From positions 1 to 49,742 of the forward strand of contig JBBDMR010000157.1 of assembly GCA_040878225.1 (NCBI GenBank): a stretch of 49,742 nt of DNA, in the 5' to 3' direction. Below, piece by piece: positions 34,338 to 44,854 of this stretch. Both the position numbers and the translations under genes were made by a program. Each line of letters opens with the position of its first letter. Within the stretch, counting starts at the first letter, position 1. The stretch is from Acidimicrobiia bacterium. Its GTDB lineage: Bacteria > Actinomycetota > Acidimicrobiia > Spongiisociales > ZC4RG35. Below the pieces are notes generated by a model, which saw nothing but the letters and a program-made list of their open reading frames with translations, had not been told where the DNA came from and made no database searches.

Positions 34338-35360
34338 ATGTCTGACGTTCGCCTCACCCGCTACAGCCACGGGGCTGGTTGTGCCTGCAAACTCAGCCCC
34401 GACGAGTTGAGCGAAGTCCTCGGCCCCGTACGGGGCCATCGAGCCCTGGCTCACCCCGACCTGCTCGTGGGGTTGTCGGTCGCCGACGATGCCGGAGTGT
34501 TCGCTCTGGGCGATGGCCGAGCCCTGGTGCAGACCGTCGACATCTTCACTCCCGTGGTTGATGATGCCTACGACTGGGGGCGGATCGCCGCTGCGAACGC
34601 ACTCAGCGACATTTATGCGATGGGAGCGGAGCCGATAACGGCCTTGAACTACCTGGCGTGGCCTCGGGATCAACTCCCGTTCGAGGTCTCGGCCGGGGTG
34701 CTTCAGGGCGGTTTCGATGTCATGGCAGAGGCCGGGTGCACCGTGGTAGGGGGCCATTCGGTCGACTCACCTGAGCCGTCGTTCGGATTTGCGGTCACCG
34801 GCCTGGTCTCGAGCGACGCGGTGGTCACGCTGGCCGGCGCCCGGCCAGGTGACATCCTGGTTCTCACCAAACCGCTCGGCATCGGGATCATCACCACCGC
34901 GATCAAACGCGAGATCTGTCCCGAACCCATTGCCAGGAGCGCAGTGGACACCATGACGAGATTGAACCGTGCAGCAGGGGCCGCGCTGGGAGGTGCCGAT
35001 GCCCATGCTGCTACAGACGTGACCGGATTCGGTCTCCTCGGCCACCTCCGTGAGATGGTCGAGGCGTCAGGCGTAGGCGCCGTGGTCCGCTCACCTGATG
35101 TCCCTGTTCTCGACGGGGCGAGGGAGTTGCTCGAACAGGGGGCATGGGCAGGGGGCTCGAAGCGCAACTTCGAATCCGTTCGATCCATCGTCGCATCGGA
35201 TGTCGACGAGTTCTCATTGCGGCTACTCGCCGACGCCCAGACATCCGGCGGTCTTTTGGTTGCAATGGACCGGGCGTCTGTGGATGGTTATCTCGACCTG
35301 GTGCCCGGGTCCGCTGACATCGGTGAGATTGTGACGGGGTCCGGCATCGAGGTTGTATGA
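34338..35360 (+). CDS. selD: Selenide, water dikinase (selenophosphate synthetase), Cys-type
   Basis: ATG 34338. [21 protein letters not shown] matches the SelD N-terminal active-site loop, with Cys rather than Sec. The rest shows an AIR-synthase-like fold. Confidence 0.92.
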   Translation: MSDVRLTRYSHGAGCACKLSPDELSEVLGPVRGHRALAHPDLLVGLSVADDAGVFALGDGRALVQTVDIFTPVVDDAYDWGRIAAANALSDIYAMGAEPITALNYLAWPRDQLPFEVSAGVLQGGFDVMAEAGCTVVGGHSVDSPEPSFGFAVTGLVSSDAVVTLAGARPGDILVLTKPLGIGIITTAIKREICPEPIARSAVDTMTRLNRAAGAALGGADAHAATDVTGFGLLGHLREMVEASGVGAVVRSPDVPVLDGARELLEQGAWAGGSKRNFESVRSIVASDVDEFSLRLLADAQTSGGLLVAMDRASVDGYLDLVPGSADIGEIVTGSGIEVV

Positions 35361-35430
35361 ACCGATTCGTCGCAGCGGGAGAGAGTGCCGGTTTCCCAAA
35401 GCGCGCCGGGCCGGTTACCAATTGGTTCTC

Positions 35431-35856
35431 ATGGACAGCCAGGAACGTCTGAAGGTGATCGCCGAGGGCCTTTCGATCCCACGGGCGCAAAGACATATCT
35501 TCCTCTGCGCCGACCAGACAACACCTAAGTGCGCGCCCCGGGAGACGACGTCGGTCTTGTGGATGCATCTCAAGAAACGAACCAAAGAGCTGGGAATCGC
35601 TTCGGCGCCGCCGCCATGGGCCGGACGCCCGGACCTGGAGGCCACACCGTGGCCTCAGGGAGAAGGGACGGTCCTCAGGAACAAAGTGGATTGCCTGCGG
35701 ATCTGTGAGAGCGGGCCCATTGCGGTGATCTACCCCGAAGGCACCTGGTACGCCGACCTCACCGTCGACAAACTCGATCGGATAATCGATGAGCACCTGA
35801 TCGGGGGCACCCCGGTTGCCGACCTCGTGTTCACAGTTGGAGACCTGGTCCGATGA
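35431..35856 (+). CDS. Thioredoxin-like [2Fe-2S] ferredoxin domain protein
   Basis: ATG 35431. The Cys pattern is [15 protein letters not shown]...[10 protein letters not shown]. The C-terminal part, [18 protein letters not shown], is typical of the TRX-like ferredoxin family. Confidence 0.7.
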   Translation: MDSQERLKVIAEGLSIPRAQRHIFLCADQTTPKCAPRETTSVLWMHLKKRTKELGIASAPPPWAGRPDLEATPWPQGEGTVLRNKVDCLRICESGPIAVIYPEGTWYADLTVDKLDRIIDEHLIGGTPVADLVFTVGDLVR

Positions 35857-36770
35857 TCTCTTGGAAGAATTGGCTGGTCGGTGCTCTTGTGGTCCGCGCC
35901 CTGGCGCCGGTGGTCACACCCAGATTCCGCCAGCCGCAGACACACCCATGGCGTCAGCCGGGCAGAACGGTCTTTGTCGCCGACCGGGAATTCCTCGTAC
36001 GCGAGGCGGGCCCCGTCGACGGCCCACCCATAGTCTTGATACACGGGCTTGCCGGGTCCTCGCTGGGCGAGTGGTATCAGGTCGCACCTGCACTGGCGGA
36101 GAATCATCGGGTGGTCCTCGTCGACCACCGGGGTCACGGCCTGTCTGCACTGTCACGTGGTCGCTACGAGATCTCGGACGTGGCCGACGACATCGCCGGT
36201 GTTCTCGACCAGCTTGGTGTGACGCGGGCCCACATGGTCGGGTACTCCCTCGGATCGACCATTGCCCAGGCCTTCGCCTACTCGTATCCCGGGAGGATCG
36301 ACAAGCTGGTCCTGTTGGGCTCCTTCGCACACCACCCCGAGCCGCTGCGGACCCTGCGCGCATCGGGAAGCGTCCTCCTGCGCGGCCTGGAGCGGATTTT
36401 CGGGATCGGCACTTCCGACGTTCGCGCCGGCTATCTGCTTGCCGCTGGGGCTGTGAAGGCGGAGCACGGCCGCTGGCTCTGGGAGGAGACCCACCGACGC
36501 GATGTCGACGCCGGTGCCCAGGCCACGCTGGCAATGCTCAGGTTCGACTCGCGCGACTGGTTGGGAAAGCTGGAAGTCGAGACCCTGGTAGTGATCCCAA
36601 CCAGAGATCAACTGGTCCCCGTCGCCTGGCAGTACGAGCTCGCCTCATTGCTGAAGTACCCGACAGTGGTCGAGTTGGTCGGGGCCTACCATGAGGTGCC
36701 CTGGGTGCACCCGGAACGACTGGCGGATGAGATCGAGCGTTTCATCAACCCGGAGCGGGAACCAGGGTGA
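35853..36770 (+). CDS. Alpha/beta hydrolase
   Basis: ATGA overlap with the upstream stop. Motifs: [24 protein letters not shown] and the nucleophile elbow GYSLGS. Confidence 0.85.
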   Translation: MISWKNWLVGALVVRALAPVVTPRFRQPQTHPWRQPGRTVFVADREFLVREAGPVDGPPIVLIHGLAGSSLGEWYQVAPALAENHRVVLVDHRGHGLSALSRGRYEISDVADDIAGVLDQLGVTRAHMVGYSLGSTIAQAFAYSYPGRIDKLVLLGSFAHHPEPLRTLRASGSVLLRGLERIFGIGTSDVRAGYLLAAGAVKAEHGRWLWEETHRRDVDAGAQATLAMLRFDSRDWLGKLEVETLVVIPTRDQLVPVAWQYELASLLKYPTVVELVGAYHEVPWVHPERLADEIERFINPEREPG

Positions 36771-39249
36771 GGGTGTTCGCAGCTGCATCTTCGATCTGAC
36801 TGAGGCCCCACAGCATGGGGTGCTGGCCGCCGTCGGCCCACATTTCGATCATGTCCGCATAGTTGGCATGAAATGCGTGGCCCGACTGACCGGTGGTGTG
36901 AATCGAGGTGGACCGAGACAGATCGGCGAGATCGATGACCATCCGCATCGACGGAACCCAGTCGACGGCGTATCCCTCCGCAGCGTTCCAGCCCACAGCG
37001 TTGACGATCGACGGGCCGCCTCCCACCCGGTCGGGTGCTGTCCTGTTGAAGAGCCACTCGATAGGCCCGATCCCGGATTGCCCGAGGCTCTGGTTCTCGA
37101 ATCGGGCGATGTGGAGCTCACCCCACGCCCAATCGTCGGAGTTCTCGCCGAGGAGCCCGGAGAGCTCTGAGTGTGCCCTCGCCATTGCCAGCTCGAGGAT
37201 CTGTGGGGCGGTTTCGATGCTGGCTGAAGACCGGTCGTCCCAGAAATGGTCTTCGTAATCCTCCAGGAGGTTCGCCACCACCTCGAACCAGCGGCCACTG
37301 CCGACCGGCCAATAGTCCTCGGGCAGGTCATCGTGGAAGGTGAGGGCCAGCACCTGTCGCCAGGTCGCCTCATACGCTGCGGCCCCCGCCGAGTTGGGAT
37401 TTGCCTGGAAGCCGGCGAGCCCTTGCGACCAGCGATCGATCAAACCCTGGACCTCGGCGACACGTGCATCAACCGAGGACACCTGCAGTAGATGGGGGAC
37501 CAGGTCGATCGCCCCTCCATCCTGGTTGTCCATCTGCATCTCCGCGGTGGCCGCGACGCCGAGGGGAGCCCTCTCCTCGATCATCTGCTCGATCCGGGCG
37601 GCGCGGTGGCCGTAGGCGGCGTCGATACCGATCACGGGGAGCGAACCGGGTTCGACTACGGGCTGGTTAGCGGTGGCGATGTAGCCACGCTCCGGGTTGA
37701 AGATGAACGGCATCTCCTCGAATGGGACGACACCGGCCCAGTCGTTAGCCGAATCCCAACCTGCAACCGGCCGCAATCCGTCATGGGACTGCCGTATCGG
37801 CACCTCGCCGGTTGACTGATACCCGATATTGCCTTCGACATCGGCGTAGACCATGCTCTGGGCTGCGATGTCCCAGGCGGAGAGGGCGGTGCGGAACTCG
37901 TCCCAGTTGGACGCCTTGTTCACGCCAAGAATTGCTTCGACCAGGGTGGACGGCTCCAGAGTCTGCCAGGCGAGCGAGATCGCGTAACCCTCCGGGTAGC
38001 CGGTGTCGATCGCCTCGAGGTCATCGGCAGGGGCGAACAGTCCCGAGATGATCGGCCCATGCCTGGTGGTGCGGACCTCGTATTCGACGGGCTCGCCTCC
38101 GGCGACGTCGATCGTCTCGGTGCGCACCTCCATTTCGACCCAGGCGCCATCGACCTCATACTGATTCGGGTTCTCCGGATTGATCCGTTCGATGTAGAGG
38201 TCCTGGCTGTCAGTCGATTGGTTGGTCACTCCCCAGGCGATGTTGGCGTTGTGCCCGATGACCACACCCGGAGTGCCGGCGAAGGAGAACCCGACCACGT
38301 CGAACGGACAGGCGGCGTCGACCCGGGTGCAGTGGAGGCCGACCTCGTACCAGATCGAGGGCATCTGGATTCCCAGATGGGGGTCATTCGCCAGAATTGG
38401 AGCGCCGGTCTCTGTCATCGTGCCGCTCACAACCCAGTTGTTCGACCCGATGCCTTCGAACCCGCCTCCGGTGAGCGAGTCGACCAGTTGCTGTCCGACA
38501 GCCACAGAACGGAGCGCGGTAATCGCGCCGGGGGGCACCTGGGTCGATCCCACCGGGCCGGCGTCGCGGATCCCCGCAGGCGCGATCACGGGGTGGTCGT
38601 CGGGGTAAGGCGGATAGAGCTGGTCCACCTGTTCGGAGCTCAAGTCACCTGCCAACAATGTGCGGGCGATCTCGTTGCGGAAGTTCCCGCTCAGGTCCCA
38701 GGACATGACTTTGGCCCATATCAGGGTGTCCACCGGTTCCCAGGGCTCCGGCTCGTACCCGGGTGACTGGAGCGGCAAGATTGCATACTCGAGGCTGATC
38801 GACGCACCGCTGTGGTCCTCGAGATACGCGTTGACTCCTTCTGCGTACCACTGCAGGACCTGCATCGACTCGTCTGGCATAAGCTCGAGTTCGGCGCGGG
38901 CCATCGATTCGAATCCAAGGGCACGGAGGAATTGATCTGCCTCGACCTGGGAGTCGCCAAACATCTCCGCGAGTCGGCCCGACCCGATGTGTCGCCAGAA
39001 ATCCATCTGGAAGAAACGGTCCTGGGCCTCGACATAACCCTGGGCCCGGAACAGGTCGGGAGTGCTGTTCGAGAAGATGTGAGGGACACCAAACGAGTCG
39101 CGGTGGACGGTGACGGTATCGTCGAGGAATGCGACTTCCAGTTCTCCGTTCAGCTGGGGGTAGGAACTTCGGACGGTGAGGAACGCGTAAACGCCGGCAA
39201 GGACGACGACTGCCGTAAGGAAAATCAGAATCCGCTTTACCCATCGCAT
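36745..39249 (-). CDS. Penicillin acylase family Ntn-hydrolase (possible N-acyl-homoserine-lactone / beta-lactam acylase), N-terminally anchored
   Basis: 834 aa. N-terminal TM helix. GIGSNNWVVSG contains the self-processing Ser nucleophile. Confidence 0.9.
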   Translation of the reverse strand: MRWVKRILIFLTAVVVLAGVYAFLTVRSSYPQLNGELEVAFLDDTVTVHRDSFGVPHIFSNSTPDLFRAQGYVEAQDRFFQMDFWRHIGSGRLAEMFGDSQVEADQFLRALGFESMARAELELMPDESMQVLQWYAEGVNAYLEDHSGASISLEYAILPLQSPGYEPEPWEPVDTLIWAKVMSWDLSGNFRNEIARTLLAGDLSSEQVDQLYPPYPDDHPVIAPAGIRDAGPVGSTQVPPGAITALRSVAVGQQLVDSLTGGGFEGIGSNNWVVSGTMTETGAPILANDPHLGIQMPSIWYEVGLHCTRVDAACPFDVVGFSFAGTPGVVIGHNANIAWGVTNQSTDSQDLYIERINPENPNQYEVDGAWVEMEVRTETIDVAGGEPVEYEVRTTRHGPIISGLFAPADDLEAIDTGYPEGYAISLAWQTLEPSTLVEAILGVNKASNWDEFRTALSAWDIAAQSMVYADVEGNIGYQSTGEVPIRQSHDGLRPVAGWDSANDWAGVVPFEEMPFIFNPERGYIATANQPVVEPGSLPVIGIDAAYGHRAARIEQMIEERAPLGVAATAEMQMDNQDGGAIDLVPHLLQVSSVDARVAEVQGLIDRWSQGLAGFQANPNSAGAAAYEATWRQVLALTFHDDLPEDYWPVGSGRWFEVVANLLEDYEDHFWDDRSSASIETAPQILELAMARAHSELSGLLGENSDDWAWGELHIARFENQSLGQSGIGPIEWLFNRTAPDRVGGGPSIVNAVGWNAAEGYAVDWVPSMRMVIDLADLSRSTSIHTTGQSGHAFHANYADMIEMWADGGQHPMLWGLSQIEDAAANTLTLVPAPG

Positions 39250-39297
39250 CAGAGACGGACAGCCTACGCAATCGGCGAGTAGTAGTTCCGCCGGGGA

Positions 39298-40215
39298 GTG
39301 GGTACCGTTCCCCTGGTGACCGCCAACACCACGATTGAGATCACGGTCGATGTCCCGGTTCGCACCCGGCTGGCGGCGTATGTGGCTCTCACCAAGCCAC
39401 GAATCATCGAACTGCTCTTGATCACGACGGTGCCGGCGATGGTCCTGGCTGCGGGTGGCTGGCCCGGCACACGGCTGGTTGTGGCGACACTCGTTGGCGG
39501 GACCCTGTCAGCCGCAGGGGCCAACACGTTGAACTGCGTTTATGACGCCGACATCGACGAACTGATGAGGCGGACCCGGGGCCGCCCTCTCGCCCGGCAC
39601 GAGATCTCACCGAAGAACGCCCTCATTTTCGGAGTGGTGCTTGGCGCCACCGGCTTCGTCGTGCTGTGGGTGACCTCAAACCTGCTGGCGGCGGCACTCA
39701 GCACCGCGGCGCTGCTGTTCTACGTCTTTGTCTACACCATCTATCTCAAGAGGAGATCGACACAGAACATCGTCATCGGTGGTGCCGCCGGCGCCGCCCC
39801 GGCCCTCGTCGGGTGGGCCGCAGTAACCGGATCCCTAGCGGTGACGCCGTGGGTGCTCTTTCTCATCGTGTTCTATTGGACGCCTCCGCACTTCTGGGCA
39901 TTGGCAGTGCGTTACCGGGACGATTACGCCAGGGCGGGAGTCCCCATGCTCCCGGTGGTTGCCGGAGTGGAGCACACCACCCGCCGCATGCTCCTCTACA
40001 CCGGTCTCATGGTCGGTGTCAGCCTCCTGCTCGTCCCCGTTGCCGGCCTGCGCTGGGTGTATCTCGCCTCCGCCCTGGCCCTCGGAGGTTGGTTCCTTGT
40101 TGACACGTGGCTCGTCTACAGGGATCCCGAAAAGGCGATGCGGCTTTTCACAACGTCGACCGTCTACCTGTCTGCATTGTTCGGGGCAGCCATGGTGGAT
40201 GTCCTCATCCGATGA
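39298..40215 (+). CDS. ctaB: Protoheme IX farnesyltransferase (heme O synthase)
   Basis: 305 aa. UbiA-family motifs NCVYDADIDELMRRTRGRPL and TPPHFWALA. The exact start is uncertain. Confidence 0.9.
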   Translation: MGTVPLVTANTTIEITVDVPVRTRLAAYVALTKPRIIELLLITTVPAMVLAAGGWPGTRLVVATLVGGTLSAAGANTLNCVYDADIDELMRRTRGRPLARHEISPKNALIFGVVLGATGFVVLWVTSNLLAAALSTAALLFYVFVYTIYLKRRSTQNIVIGGAAGAAPALVGWAAVTGSLAVTPWVLFLIVFYWTPPHFWALAVRYRDDYARAGVPMLPVVAGVEHTTRRMLLYTGLMVGVSLLLVPVAGLRWVYLASALALGGWFLVDTWLVYRDPEKAMRLFTTSTVYLSALFGAAMVDVLIR

Positions 40216-41051
40216 GGGTGATCCGTCTCGCGGCCGCGTTGTTCACGGCAGCGTTGCTGACTGCGGCGTGCTCTTCGGGTCCCGAACCGCTGGCGGTCGT
40301 AGCCAACGGCGCGTCAATCGGTACCGGTGAACAGCGCATCCTCATCGCCCTGGTCGACCCGGAGACCAACGGGTACCTTGCCACCGAGACTGATGCCGCC
40401 ACCGCACTGCTCCGCAACGAGGACGGAAGCCCGCTCGGCGACTACGAGCTCGAGTTCGTCTGGACGGTCCCGGGTGTGCGTGGCATCTACGCCGGATACT
40501 TCGAGATCCCCGAGGCCGGGGTATACCAGCTGACCGTCGAGCGAGAAGGACTGGCGGTCTCGGGCCCCACCGGTTTCGTGGCCGTGGACGACCCACCGAT
40601 GATCGGGCCCGGTGATCGGGCACCCCTCTCGGAGACACGCGTTGGAGATGATTATGCCGATCTGTCGTTGATTACCACCGACCCCGACCCGGACCCCGAG
40701 CTGTATTCGATGACGGTGGCCGAGGCTGTCTCCAATGGCACGCCGTCGGTGGTGGTCTTTGCTACTCCCGGTTTTTGCACCTCCCAGGCCTGCGGACCGA
40801 TGCTGTCCCAGGTCAAGGACTTGAAGTTCGACTACCCGGGCGTCGACTTCGTCCACGTCGAGATCTACGACGACCTGCAAGTGGAGACCTTCGAAGAGTT
40901 GGTTCTCGTCGAGTCCGTGCTGGAGTGGCAGCTTCCCAGCGAGCCCTGGATATACATCATCGACGGTGAGGGCGTTGTGGTGGCGGCGTTCGAGGGTGCG
41001 GTCAACGACGACGAATTGACCTCGGTGCTGGAGGGGTTTGCCGGCTCATGA
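40212..41051 (+). CDS. Lipoprotein with a C-terminal redoxin (PrxQ/TlpA-like) thioredoxin-fold domain
   Basis: ATG 40212 overlaps the ctaB stop (ATGA). It has lipobox LTAAC, a beta-rich N-terminal domain, then VVVFATPGFCTSQACGP (C-x4-C). Confidence 0.7.
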   Translation: MRVIRLAAALFTAALLTAACSSGPEPLAVVANGASIGTGEQRILIALVDPETNGYLATETDAATALLRNEDGSPLGDYELEFVWTVPGVRGIYAGYFEIPEAGVYQLTVEREGLAVSGPTGFVAVDDPPMIGPGDRAPLSETRVGDDYADLSLITTDPDPDPELYSMTVAEAVSNGTPSVVVFATPGFCTSQACGPMLSQVKDLKFDYPGVDFVHVEIYDDLQVETFEELVLVESVLEWQLPSEPWIYIIDGEGVVVAAFEGAVNDDELTSVLEGFAGS

Positions 41052-42166
41052 GGGCTTTGAGGATGAAGTTGGTCGGGGGTCGAAAGACCCCTTATGATGC
41101 CGAACCAATGGCAGGTTTCAAGCGGACGTTCGCTCGCACGCTCTCACTGGTGGGGGCGACGCTCTTTTTGGCTTCGTGCTCGCTGTTCGAAGACGTCGAC
41201 CAGCCAATGACCACCTTCGACCCGGCCGGGCCCTTCGCCGAGCGGATCGACGGCCTGTTCTGGCCCGTGTTCTGGATCGCTACCGGGGTTTTTGTCCTCG
41301 TCGAGGGGGCGATCCTGGCCGCCGTCTTTCTGTTCCGGGATCGGGGCGGCTCCAAAGAGCCGAAGCAGCTGCATGGGAACGCGAAGCTGGAAGTGATCTG
41401 GACGGTCATCCCGGCGCTGATCCTGGCTGCTATCGCAGTCCCCACCGTGTCGGCCATCTTCGACCTGACCGAATGCGACCCGAACGCGATGCAGGTGGAA
41501 GTCGTCGGGCATCAATGGTGGTTCGAGTTCAACTACCCCGACGAGGAGATCCAGACCGCAAACGTGATGGTGGTGCCCGCCGGTGAGGAGATCTGCGCCG
41601 TGATGACCTCCGCCGATGTGATCCACAACTTCTGGGTCCCCGCCCTCAACGGTAAGAGATACCTGATACCGGGTCAGGAAACCGTGCTCCGGCTACAGGC
41701 CGATGAGCCCGGCGAGTACTGGGGCCACTGTGCTGAGTTCTGCGGACTTTCCCATTCGCTGATGAGGACCAGGGTGCTGGCAGTCGAGCCCGCCGAGTAC
41801 GACGCGTGGGTCGCATCCCAGCAGCAGCCTGCCACTTTCCCCGAGGAAGGGACTCCCGAGTTCGGGGGCTGGGAGGTATTTCTCGCCAAGGGCTGTACCC
41901 AGTGCCATACGGTCGAATATGACGACGCCGAACGCTCCAACATCGTGGCCGAAGGTGGATTCGCGGGGCCGAACCTGACCCACTTCTCTTCCCGGAGTGT
42001 CTTCGCCGGGGCGGTGCTGCCCGAAGACGGAGAGACCTATGAGGAAGGCCTGAAGCGGTGGCTTGCCGACCCGCCTCAGGTGAAGCCGGGCAGTTTCATG
42101 CCCGACCTCGCCCTCACCGAACAAGAAATCGACCTACTCATCGCCTGGTTGGGGGGTAACCAATGA
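41048..42166 (+). CDS. ctaC: Cytochrome c oxidase subunit II with a fused C-terminal cytochrome c domain (caa3-type)
   Basis: 372 aa. Lipobox LASC, CuA site HCAEFCGLSHSLM and heme c site GCTQCH. ATGA overlap with the upstream gene. Confidence 0.92.
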   Translation: MRALRMKLVGGRKTPYDAEPMAGFKRTFARTLSLVGATLFLASCSLFEDVDQPMTTFDPAGPFAERIDGLFWPVFWIATGVFVLVEGAILAAVFLFRDRGGSKEPKQLHGNAKLEVIWTVIPALILAAIAVPTVSAIFDLTECDPNAMQVEVVGHQWWFEFNYPDEEIQTANVMVVPAGEEICAVMTSADVIHNFWVPALNGKRYLIPGQETVLRLQADEPGEYWGHCAEFCGLSHSLMRTRVLAVEPAEYDAWVASQQQPATFPEEGTPEFGGWEVFLAKGCTQCHTVEYDDAERSNIVAEGGFAGPNLTHFSSRSVFAGAVLPEDGETYEEGLKRWLADPPQVKPGSFMPDLALTEQEIDLLIAWLGGNQ

Positions 42167-44235
42167 CAGCCACAGCAGAACGACCGTCGACAACCATCTT
42201 CAAACGCCCGAGGTCGACGACCGGGATCTGGTCGTGGATCACGACTGTCGACCACAAGCGGATCGGCATCATGTACGGCTACGCGGCGTTCTTCTTCTTC
42301 ATCATCGGTGGGGTAGAGGCGCTTCTCCTCCGGATCCATCTCGCCCAGGCAAACGCCGAGTTCCTCACTGCTGGCGCCTACAACGCGTTGTTCACGATGC
42401 ACGGGACCACGATGATCTTCCTCTTCGTGATGCCGGTTTCGTCAGCGTTCATCAACTACCTGCTCCCGCTGCTGCTTGGTGCGCGCGACGTTGCTTTTCC
42501 CCGGCTCAACGCCCTTTCCTGGTGGATCTTCTTCTTTGGCGGGCTCTTCCTCTACTCGACCTTCATTTTCGGAACCTCGGTGGCGCCGGTCGGGATCGAC
42601 GGTGTGGGCGGCAATCTCGCACCGGGAGGTGGCCCCGGAAGCTTCAACTTCCTGTCTGACTCCCCTGACGGAGGGTGGTTCGGGTATCAACCGAACGCCG
42701 GCCCGATCTTCTCCGCCGGCACGGCGATGGATTATTGGGCGCTGGGTGTGCAGATCCTCGGGCTGGCCTCGCTGATCTCCTCGGTTAACTTCGTGGTGAC
42801 CGTGTTCAACATGCGGGCCAAGGGAATGCGATTGATGCGGATGCCGGTGTTCGCATGGATGTCGACAGTCACATCGTTTCTCCTCCTGTTCTCCCTTCCG
42901 ATCATCGCCGTGGCCCTGTTCATGGTCACTTTCGACCGCCAGTTCGGGACCGTGTTCTTCAATTCCGCCGGAGGGGGCGATCCCATCCTCTGGCAGCACC
43001 TGTTCTGGCTCTTCGGACATCCCGAGGTGTATATCCTGATCCTTCCGGCGATGGGCATCGTCTCCGAGGTGCTTCCGGTGTTCTCCAAGAAACCCCTGTT
43101 CGGCTACTCGGCGGTGGTTTTTGCCGGGGCGGCTATCGCCTTCCTCGGGTTCGGTGTCTGGGCCCATCACATGTTCGCCTCCGGTATCACCCCGGTTGCC
43201 CAGGCGGCGTTCGGCCTGGCGACCATGACAATTGCGATCCCGACCGGCATCAAGATCTTCAACTGGCTGGGCACGATGTGGATGGGCAAGATCAGGCTCA
43301 CCACCCCCATGCTGTTTGCCATTGGCTTCGTCGCGATGTTCACCATCGGCGGCCTGTCTGGTGTCACCCACGCCGTGGTGCCATCCGATTGGCAGCAGAC
43401 CGACACCTATTACATCGTCGCCCACTTCCACTACGTCTTGTTCGGCGGGGCAATCTTCGGGATCTTCAGCGGGCTCTATTACTGGTTCCCCAAGCTGACG
43501 GGACGGGTGATGAGCGAGCGGCTCGGAAAGCTCCACTTCTGGCTGTTCATGATCGGGTTCAACCTGACCTTCGCTCCAATGCACTGGCTCGGCCTGCAGG
43601 GAATGGTGCGCAGGACCTGGAAATACGCCCCGGAGGCGGGTCTGGAACCGTGGAACTTTGCAGTGACGATTGGTGCATTCATCATCGCCCTCGGGGTCCT
43701 CGTATTCATGTACAACTGGGTGGTGTCGAAGCGTCGCGGTCTGGCGTCGGGACTCGATCCCTGGGACGCGCGGACGATCGAGTGGACGATCCCCAACCCG
43801 ACTCCCGAGTACAACTTCGCAACAGCACCGGTAGTCACCCGACTCGACCATTTCTGGCACCTCAAGTACGACGAGGACGACGAGGGCCGAGCCGTGCGCA
43901 AAGAGGATGCCGACAAGGTGGTCGCCGACCTCGAGTACGACGGGCTCAACCCGTCCCAGCCGATCCACCTCCCGGCACCTTCGTACTTCCCGGTGCTGAT
44001 GGCGTTGGGGATCCCGATAATCGCCTACGGAATCATCTACCACGAGGCGCTTTGGGGAAAGATCGCAATTGCGATCGGGGCCGTTATCTCCCTCGCCGCG
44101 CTGATCGGCTGGGGGATCGAACCCCTCGAAGAGCCCATGAAAGATCATGGGGAGCACAGCGAGCCACCGGTTGGTGCGGTCGAGCAGTCCGGAGGAGGAG
44201 CGGCTGACACGGGCGAGGAGGTAGATGATGACTGA
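42163..44235 (+). CDS. ctaD: Cytochrome c oxidase subunit I (long form with two extra C-terminal TM helices and an acidic tail)
   Basis: 690 aa. WFFGHPEVYILILP and HHMF motifs. The extension is IHLPAPSYFPVLMALGIPIIAYGII...ISLAALIGWGI. Confidence 0.95.
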   Translation: MTATAERPSTTIFKRPRSTTGIWSWITTVDHKRIGIMYGYAAFFFFIIGGVEALLLRIHLAQANAEFLTAGAYNALFTMHGTTMIFLFVMPVSSAFINYLLPLLLGARDVAFPRLNALSWWIFFFGGLFLYSTFIFGTSVAPVGIDGVGGNLAPGGGPGSFNFLSDSPDGGWFGYQPNAGPIFSAGTAMDYWALGVQILGLASLISSVNFVVTVFNMRAKGMRLMRMPVFAWMSTVTSFLLLFSLPIIAVALFMVTFDRQFGTVFFNSAGGGDPILWQHLFWLFGHPEVYILILPAMGIVSEVLPVFSKKPLFGYSAVVFAGAAIAFLGFGVWAHHMFASGITPVAQAAFGLATMTIAIPTGIKIFNWLGTMWMGKIRLTTPMLFAIGFVAMFTIGGLSGVTHAVVPSDWQQTDTYYIVAHFHYVLFGGAIFGIFSGLYYWFPKLTGRVMSERLGKLHFWLFMIGFNLTFAPMHWLGLQGMVRRTWKYAPEAGLEPWNFAVTIGAFIIALGVLVFMYNWVVSKRRGLASGLDPWDARTIEWTIPNPTPEYNFATAPVVTRLDHFWHLKYDEDDEGRAVRKEDADKVVADLEYDGLNPSQPIHLPAPSYFPVLMALGIPIIAYGIIYHEALWGKIAIAIGAVISLAALIGWGIEPLEEPMKDHGEHSEPPVGAVEQSGGGAADTGEEVDDD

Positions 44236-44854
44236 ACTCGCCCACGAGCCGGACCTCGGGCATCACGACGAGCATGAGTCGACCGGAATCGAGAACCGCA
44301 AGCTCGGGATGTGGGTATTCCTCAGCTCTGAGTTCCTGTTCTTCGGAGCCCTCATATCCAACTATCTGCTCTATTCGACACGTGCTGGATTCCCCTCCCC
44401 CTACCCCGCGGAGATCTACGACATACCGTTCACGTCGGTCAGCTCGTTTGTCCTCCTGATGAGCTCGCTGACCATGGTCCTGGCACACAACGCCCTGTCT
44501 CGAAACGACCAGAACGGCACCCGGACCTGGCTCTTCGCCACTGCCGCTCTCGGATCGGTGTTTCTCGGCGGGCAGGTCTTCGAATTCACCGACTTCATCG
44601 TCGAATACGGCATGACTCTGTCAACCAACCCGGCTGCGTCCGCTTTCTATGTCCTCACCGGCTTTCACGGTCTCCATGTTGCAATCGGGGTGATCATGCT
44701 GCTCGCCCTGTGGACCATCTCCCGCCGCCAGAACGGGCTGAGCGAGAAGTCGGGTCTGAACCTCGAGCTGGTCGGCCTCTACTGGCACTTCGTCGACATC
44801 ATCTGGATCGTCATCTTCACCGTCGTCTACCTGCTGTCGCTCCCACCGGTATGA
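44225..44854 (+). CDS. ctaE: Cytochrome c oxidase subunit III
   Basis: 209 aa. KLGMWVFLSSEFLFFGALI, GFHGLHV and YWHFVD motifs. Confidence 0.92.
   Translation: MMTELAHEPDLGHHDEHESTGIENRKLGMWVFLSSEFLFFGALISNYLLYSTRAGFPSPYPAEIYDIPFTSVSSFVLLMSSLTMVLAHNALSRNDQNGTRTWLFATAALGSVFLGGQVFEFTDFIVEYGMTLSTNPAASAFYVLTGFHGLHVAIGVIMLLALWTISRRQNGLSEKSGLNLELVGLYWHFVDIIWIVIFTVVYLLSLPPV

Noticed and set aside
34338-35360. Possible in-frame TGA (selenocysteine) in selD or its neighbours.
   Set aside because: The active-site loop reads GAGCACK with Cys codons. The ORF is uninterrupted, and I saw no SECIS-like context.
43800-44235. The C-terminal ~120-aa extension of CtaD as a novel CtaD-CtaF fusion.
   Set aside because: Long-form subunit I proteins with two additional C-terminal helices are known from Bacillus-type aa3/caa3 oxidases, and a separate subunit IV gene follows. 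I mention it only as part of the operon finding.
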